A stretch of DNA of 64,000 nucleotides from Dendrobates tinctorius (taxonomy: Eukaryota). The position numbers and the translations under genes were made by a program. Below the pieces are notes generated by a model, which was given only the letters and a program-made list of their open reading frames with translations, ran no database searches and was not told the origin of the DNA. Below are positions 60,133-64,000 of the stretch, one piece after another. How positions within the stretch are numbered: the stretch's first letter is position 1; each line of letters starts with the position of its first letter. The stretch spans positions 2,728,001 through 2,792,000 of the forward strand of contig NW_027361840.1 in assembly GCF_039654945.1 (NCBI RefSeq). Reading direction: 5' to 3'.

Positions 60133-60689
60133 TTATCTGTCACCTACAGAGCTTTGGTTAGAAAGTCCCCTTGCACTTCCTCTTCTGACCAGTAGATGGC
60201 GCCCCAGTATCACACAAGGCTCATTGGCTTTCTGAGGACAAATCATTTTAACCCCAGAAAGCAGAGAGACATGTGAGGGGAGACATGAGAGGCGAGACTG
60301 CTGCAGAAAGTCCCTGTAAATCCTTTATCTCATCTCCAGTCACACACAAAGCAGCATCTGTAAATAATTTAGAGCTCTGACTCTGAATAGCAGAACTATG
60401 AGCGCAGCTCTGGATGTGATTGGAGTGTAAGTGGTTATGTGAAATTAGAGTTTTGTAACCAATTAGTGTAAACAGAGACGAAGAACCGAAGCAGCCAATC
60501 ACAAAGCCGCAGAGCTGCTCACTCCGTTCCCCCTTTAGTTCTTTGTCCGCTGGCTCAGTCCTTTCTACCTTAGTCCCGATCCCCGGGTGGCAGTCACATG
60601 ACCTCGCGCCTCCGCGCACGCAGTTACTCATTAGCTTGTGCAGAAGTTTCTCCTGCTTTTAATGAGGATGCGGCCGACAATCATTAACC

Positions 60690-61260
60690 ATCCGCCGTCC
60701 ACAACCGCATGCTGCACACATGAGCCGGAAGCCTCCCCGTATTGACTGGTTTGTCCTTGTGGCCATGAGGACGTTCATCATGGAGCCTCTTTGATGTTGA
60801 TGACTCAGTCATCGCCCTTTGAATGATCGACGCCTCGATGATCGACCCATGAATGATCGACACCTCGGTGATCACCCTGGAATGATTGATGTCTCAGTAA
60901 TCGCTCCATGAATGACCAACCCCCATAATGAGCCCTCGACCAGTCACGTACCCCCAAGTAACGTGCTTTCTCAAGACCTTTTACACATTTTTTGGGGTTT
61001 GCTGTTAGGCCTGTGGCTCTGAGCCACTCCCACTTGTACAAGATAAGTGATTCTGACAGTCGTCACTGTAGATGATGACATGGCCCAGGTACGCCGACGC
61101 ATGCTTAACATGGGATTCTCAAACTATGTCCATCTGCCTGTGAAACATGGCTGAGGCCCCATGTAACCCAAAAGGCAAGTCAACATGGTGATGAGACCCT
61201 CCGGGGTTAGAAGGTGGTCTTCTCTCGCCAACTTTGTCAAAGGCACCTGCCAGTGACCAT
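60690..61260 (-). mobile_element. Heavily decayed Gypsy RT fragment
   Basis: LPFGLHGASAMFHRQMD and GLTANPKKC...ARYLG remnants on the minus strand. Confidence 0.65.
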
Positions 61261-61383
61261 TGATCAGATGGAGTGTTGTGAAGTACGGGCCTGACCCAGT
61301 CTCTTAATTTCTTCATCTACCTGGGGAATTGGACAAAGGTCAAATTGTGACCATAACGGTCCGTCCAGCTTTGGAATTCGGAC

Positions 61384-63945
61384 TGTGATGACACAGCGTG
61401 TGTTCTTAATTATACCAGACATATTTCCCAATAGGACAGGAGAACAATTGTTCATATGAGCCTGAATGTTGACTCTTGAAGTGATGTTTGTTACCGCTGA
61501 TTGTGCTGCTATCCTTGGTGGACAGGGACGCAGGGTCATTGAACAATCAATGATTGCTAATATGTGGATTACCTATTGTCCCAGTCCATGCAGCTTGTTG
61601 ACCTGCAAACATTGAAGGACAAACTATGCAGATTGATTGAATACTCGAACAATGAGAGTAGACCTCATCCCATATTCCCCCTGACCTGATGGCCTGGAGG
61701 ACAGATGTGGGTATAAAAAGGGACCTCTATCCTTCTGCAGAGACACGCAATTGAACAGCAGCCAAAAAACCATGGCTCCAACCACAGAAATACAGATTTA
61801 AGACTCTACATGACAGTAGCCATGCCACCATGGCTCCAACCGGAGGAATACCAAATAAATACCGATTTGAGACACTCTGCAGGATAACAGAGGACCATGG
61901 CCCCTGCTGGAGGAATACAGATCTGATCCGTTGACCATCTCTGAATCAATGGAGACGTTCGGATAAGCCAAGTTGGGACAATCAGGTCACCTGGCCACGT
62001 ACCTTGATGGACTGTCAGCTTCCTAAGCTTGTCATTACCTTCTCTCTGTGGGTGCCCACCAAAAGCAGGGAGCCACTGGTGGAGGTGGTCAGCACTGGAA
62101 GCCCCAAAGTCACAGCTGCTCTAATTCCGGCAAGCCAGTGGAAGGGTGAGACTCTGTAATTTGCCCCATCTTGTGTATTTGCTTGGACTGTTCTGTATGT
62201 TCTTGTCTGTTGGTGATTCAGTAAAGTTTTACCACCACTCTGTTAACAACCGGCTCACCTTGTGTTGCCTGAGTAGCATTATGCTCATAGGGAAGGAGTG
62301 CGGTCGTCAGTGGGATGAGCCCTGGTCCATGCGGTCTTTCTAAAGGGATCCGGGCCAGAGGACAAGACCACCCACTGACCCTCGTGTCTCCACACTTGAT
62401 GACAGTGGGGAGATACTACTCAGGCAGGCGGATCCGGGAGAGCTGCAGGGGACTTGTGTTCGTAGACACCGATCAAGTGCTCCACAACCAGGGAGGCAGA
62501 TACAGTCCCAGCATACCATAGGTGAGGCATACACAGCAGGTTTTGGACACCACCATGTCCAACCCAACAAGCTCGGCCTTGGGAGCAGAACCACAGGGGA
62601 TATGCAGGTACAACAAGAAATGGGGACTACAGGAGTTGTGGCAGCTTCGGCAGATCAAATGCAGGGCCACTGACACTCAAGTCGGATTTGATACAGAAAT
62701 TGGTCCTTTGGGATGGCAAGAACATTGTGGAGGACGATGAGCTTGACGAAGAGGAATTGAACTGCCTGCCAAATCAAGGATCCAGTGGTAATCTGGAATC
62801 AAATACTCAGTCCCAAGCAACCCAAATCCATGAGTTGTTGGTCACATTGGGACCTGAAGCCTCAAGCGGGAAAAGGAGCTGGAGTAGTTATTCTATTGGT
62901 ATGGGCAGATCCGTACCATCAAGTTGAAGAATCACGAGGGAGGTAGGGCTACATCTTTTGCTTTCATCAGCTTCCAGAAACCACAGGATGCAGAGGATGC
63001 TATGTGTGGATGCAATGGATACGAGATCAGTTCTCGTGGATTACATGAGCAGTTACCCAGGTCAAGCCGGGGATCAGGAGGATGATTGGAAGCCTATCAT
63101 GTCTGGCTAATTAAGAGGGGGGCAATGTGATTAAATAGCATTAATTCATTTTTTCTAGTAGGTCAAGAGACATAGGCCATTTTTCATATGAGCCTGAATG
63201 TTGACTCTTGAATTGATGTGTGTTGCAGCTTATTGTTCTGCTATCCTTGGCGCACAGGAATGCAGGGTCATCGAACAATCGATGTTTGCTAATTTGTTGA
63301 TTATCCATTGTATCAGTCCATGCAGCTTATTGACCCTCGAAGATTGCAGATTGAATTCTTGAACAATGACAGTTGACCTTATGTATCCTTGCCCTGAACC
63401 TGTGGATGATGGCCTTAAGGACAGATGTGTGTATTAAAAGGGACCTCTATACTTCCGCAGAGAGTCACTACAGAACAACAGCCTGAAACCATGGCTCCAA
63501 CTGCAGGAATATAGATTTATGACTCTTCATGACAGTAGCCAAGACACCATGGCTCCAACCAGAGGAAAACAGATTTGAGACACTGTACAGCATGACAGCT
63601 TAAGGGACTGTGGACCCAGCTGGAGGAATAGAGATCTGATCAATTGAGCATCATTGAACCCATGGAGAATTTCAGAGAAGCCAAGTTGTGACAATCAGGT
63701 CACCAGGCCCCATGGAGACGTTCAAAGAAGCTAGGTTGAGACAATCAGATCAGCTGGCACCAATGGACTGTCATCTTCCTAAGCCTGTCATTATCTCCTC
63801 TCTGTGGGTGCCTGTCAAAGCGGGTGCCACTGGTGGGGGTAGTTGGCTCTGAAAACCCCAAAGTCGCAGCTGCTCTTATCCCGGCGAGCCAGCGGAAGGG
63901 TGAGACTGTAATTTGCACCATCTTGTGTATTTGCTGGGACTGTAC
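61384..63945 (+). mobile_element. Old non-autonomous LTR element: 5' LTR 61384-62394, short internal region, PPT, 3' LTR from 63126
   Basis: Two diverged direct repeats (for example ttcatatgagcctgaatgttgactcttgaa at 61451 and 63183); TG start and CA end; degenerate PBS-like TTGATGACAGTGGGAG; PPT AAGAGGGGGG at 63113-63122. Confidence 0.8.
62867..63082 (+). pseudogene. SRSF9: Captured SR-protein RRM1 fragment, SRSF9-like, inside the LTR element
   Basis: Translates REKELE*LFYWYGQIRTIKLKNHEGGRATSFAFISFQKPQDAEDAMCGCNGYEISSRGLHEQLPRSSRGSGG, collinear with the SRSF1/SRSF9 RRM1 pattern (EKxLEDLFxxYGxIRxIELKN...FAFxxFxDPRDAEDA..xRNGYxxG.xRLRVEFPR). Confidence 0.8.
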
Positions 63946-64000
63946 TAGAGTCCACCACACGTCGCCTCCCCTTTCCATGCCTTTTTGGCAATGTCCATCA

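Overview
Vertebrate genomic DNA, most likely a frog (inferred from the mix of transposon and MITE families). It carries two host genes arranged head-to-head. JMJD4 is complete on the minus strand (6 coding exons, 21886->17008, 384 aa). SNAP47 has two coding exons on the plus strand (43602-45219); its later exons were not found in the window. Most of the rest is mobile or tandemly repeated DNA: a sushi/chromovirus Gypsy element nested in a Gmr1-like Gypsy element, a decayed Neptune-type Penelope-like element (PLE), CR1 and L2 LINEs, a Tc1 relic, hAT and PIF/Harbinger MITEs, a near-intact 9-kb Tx1-clade LINE, and many minisatellites. Four observations stand out. (1) There are three minimal hammerhead-ribozyme motifs, two in non-coding PLE-derived elements; one sits at the apex of a long self-complementary element. 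(2) An old non-autonomous LTR element carries an apparently spliced SRSF9-like RRM fragment. (3) The Tx1 LINE appears to have inserted twice at one site in a 40-bp minisatellite. (4) A TSD-bounded composite hAT element carries an NF-kB/GC/CCAAT/AP-1 promoter-like module between the two genes. All family assignments come from motif recognition and recall; no database search was run. Most long ORFs in the repeat arrays are artefacts.
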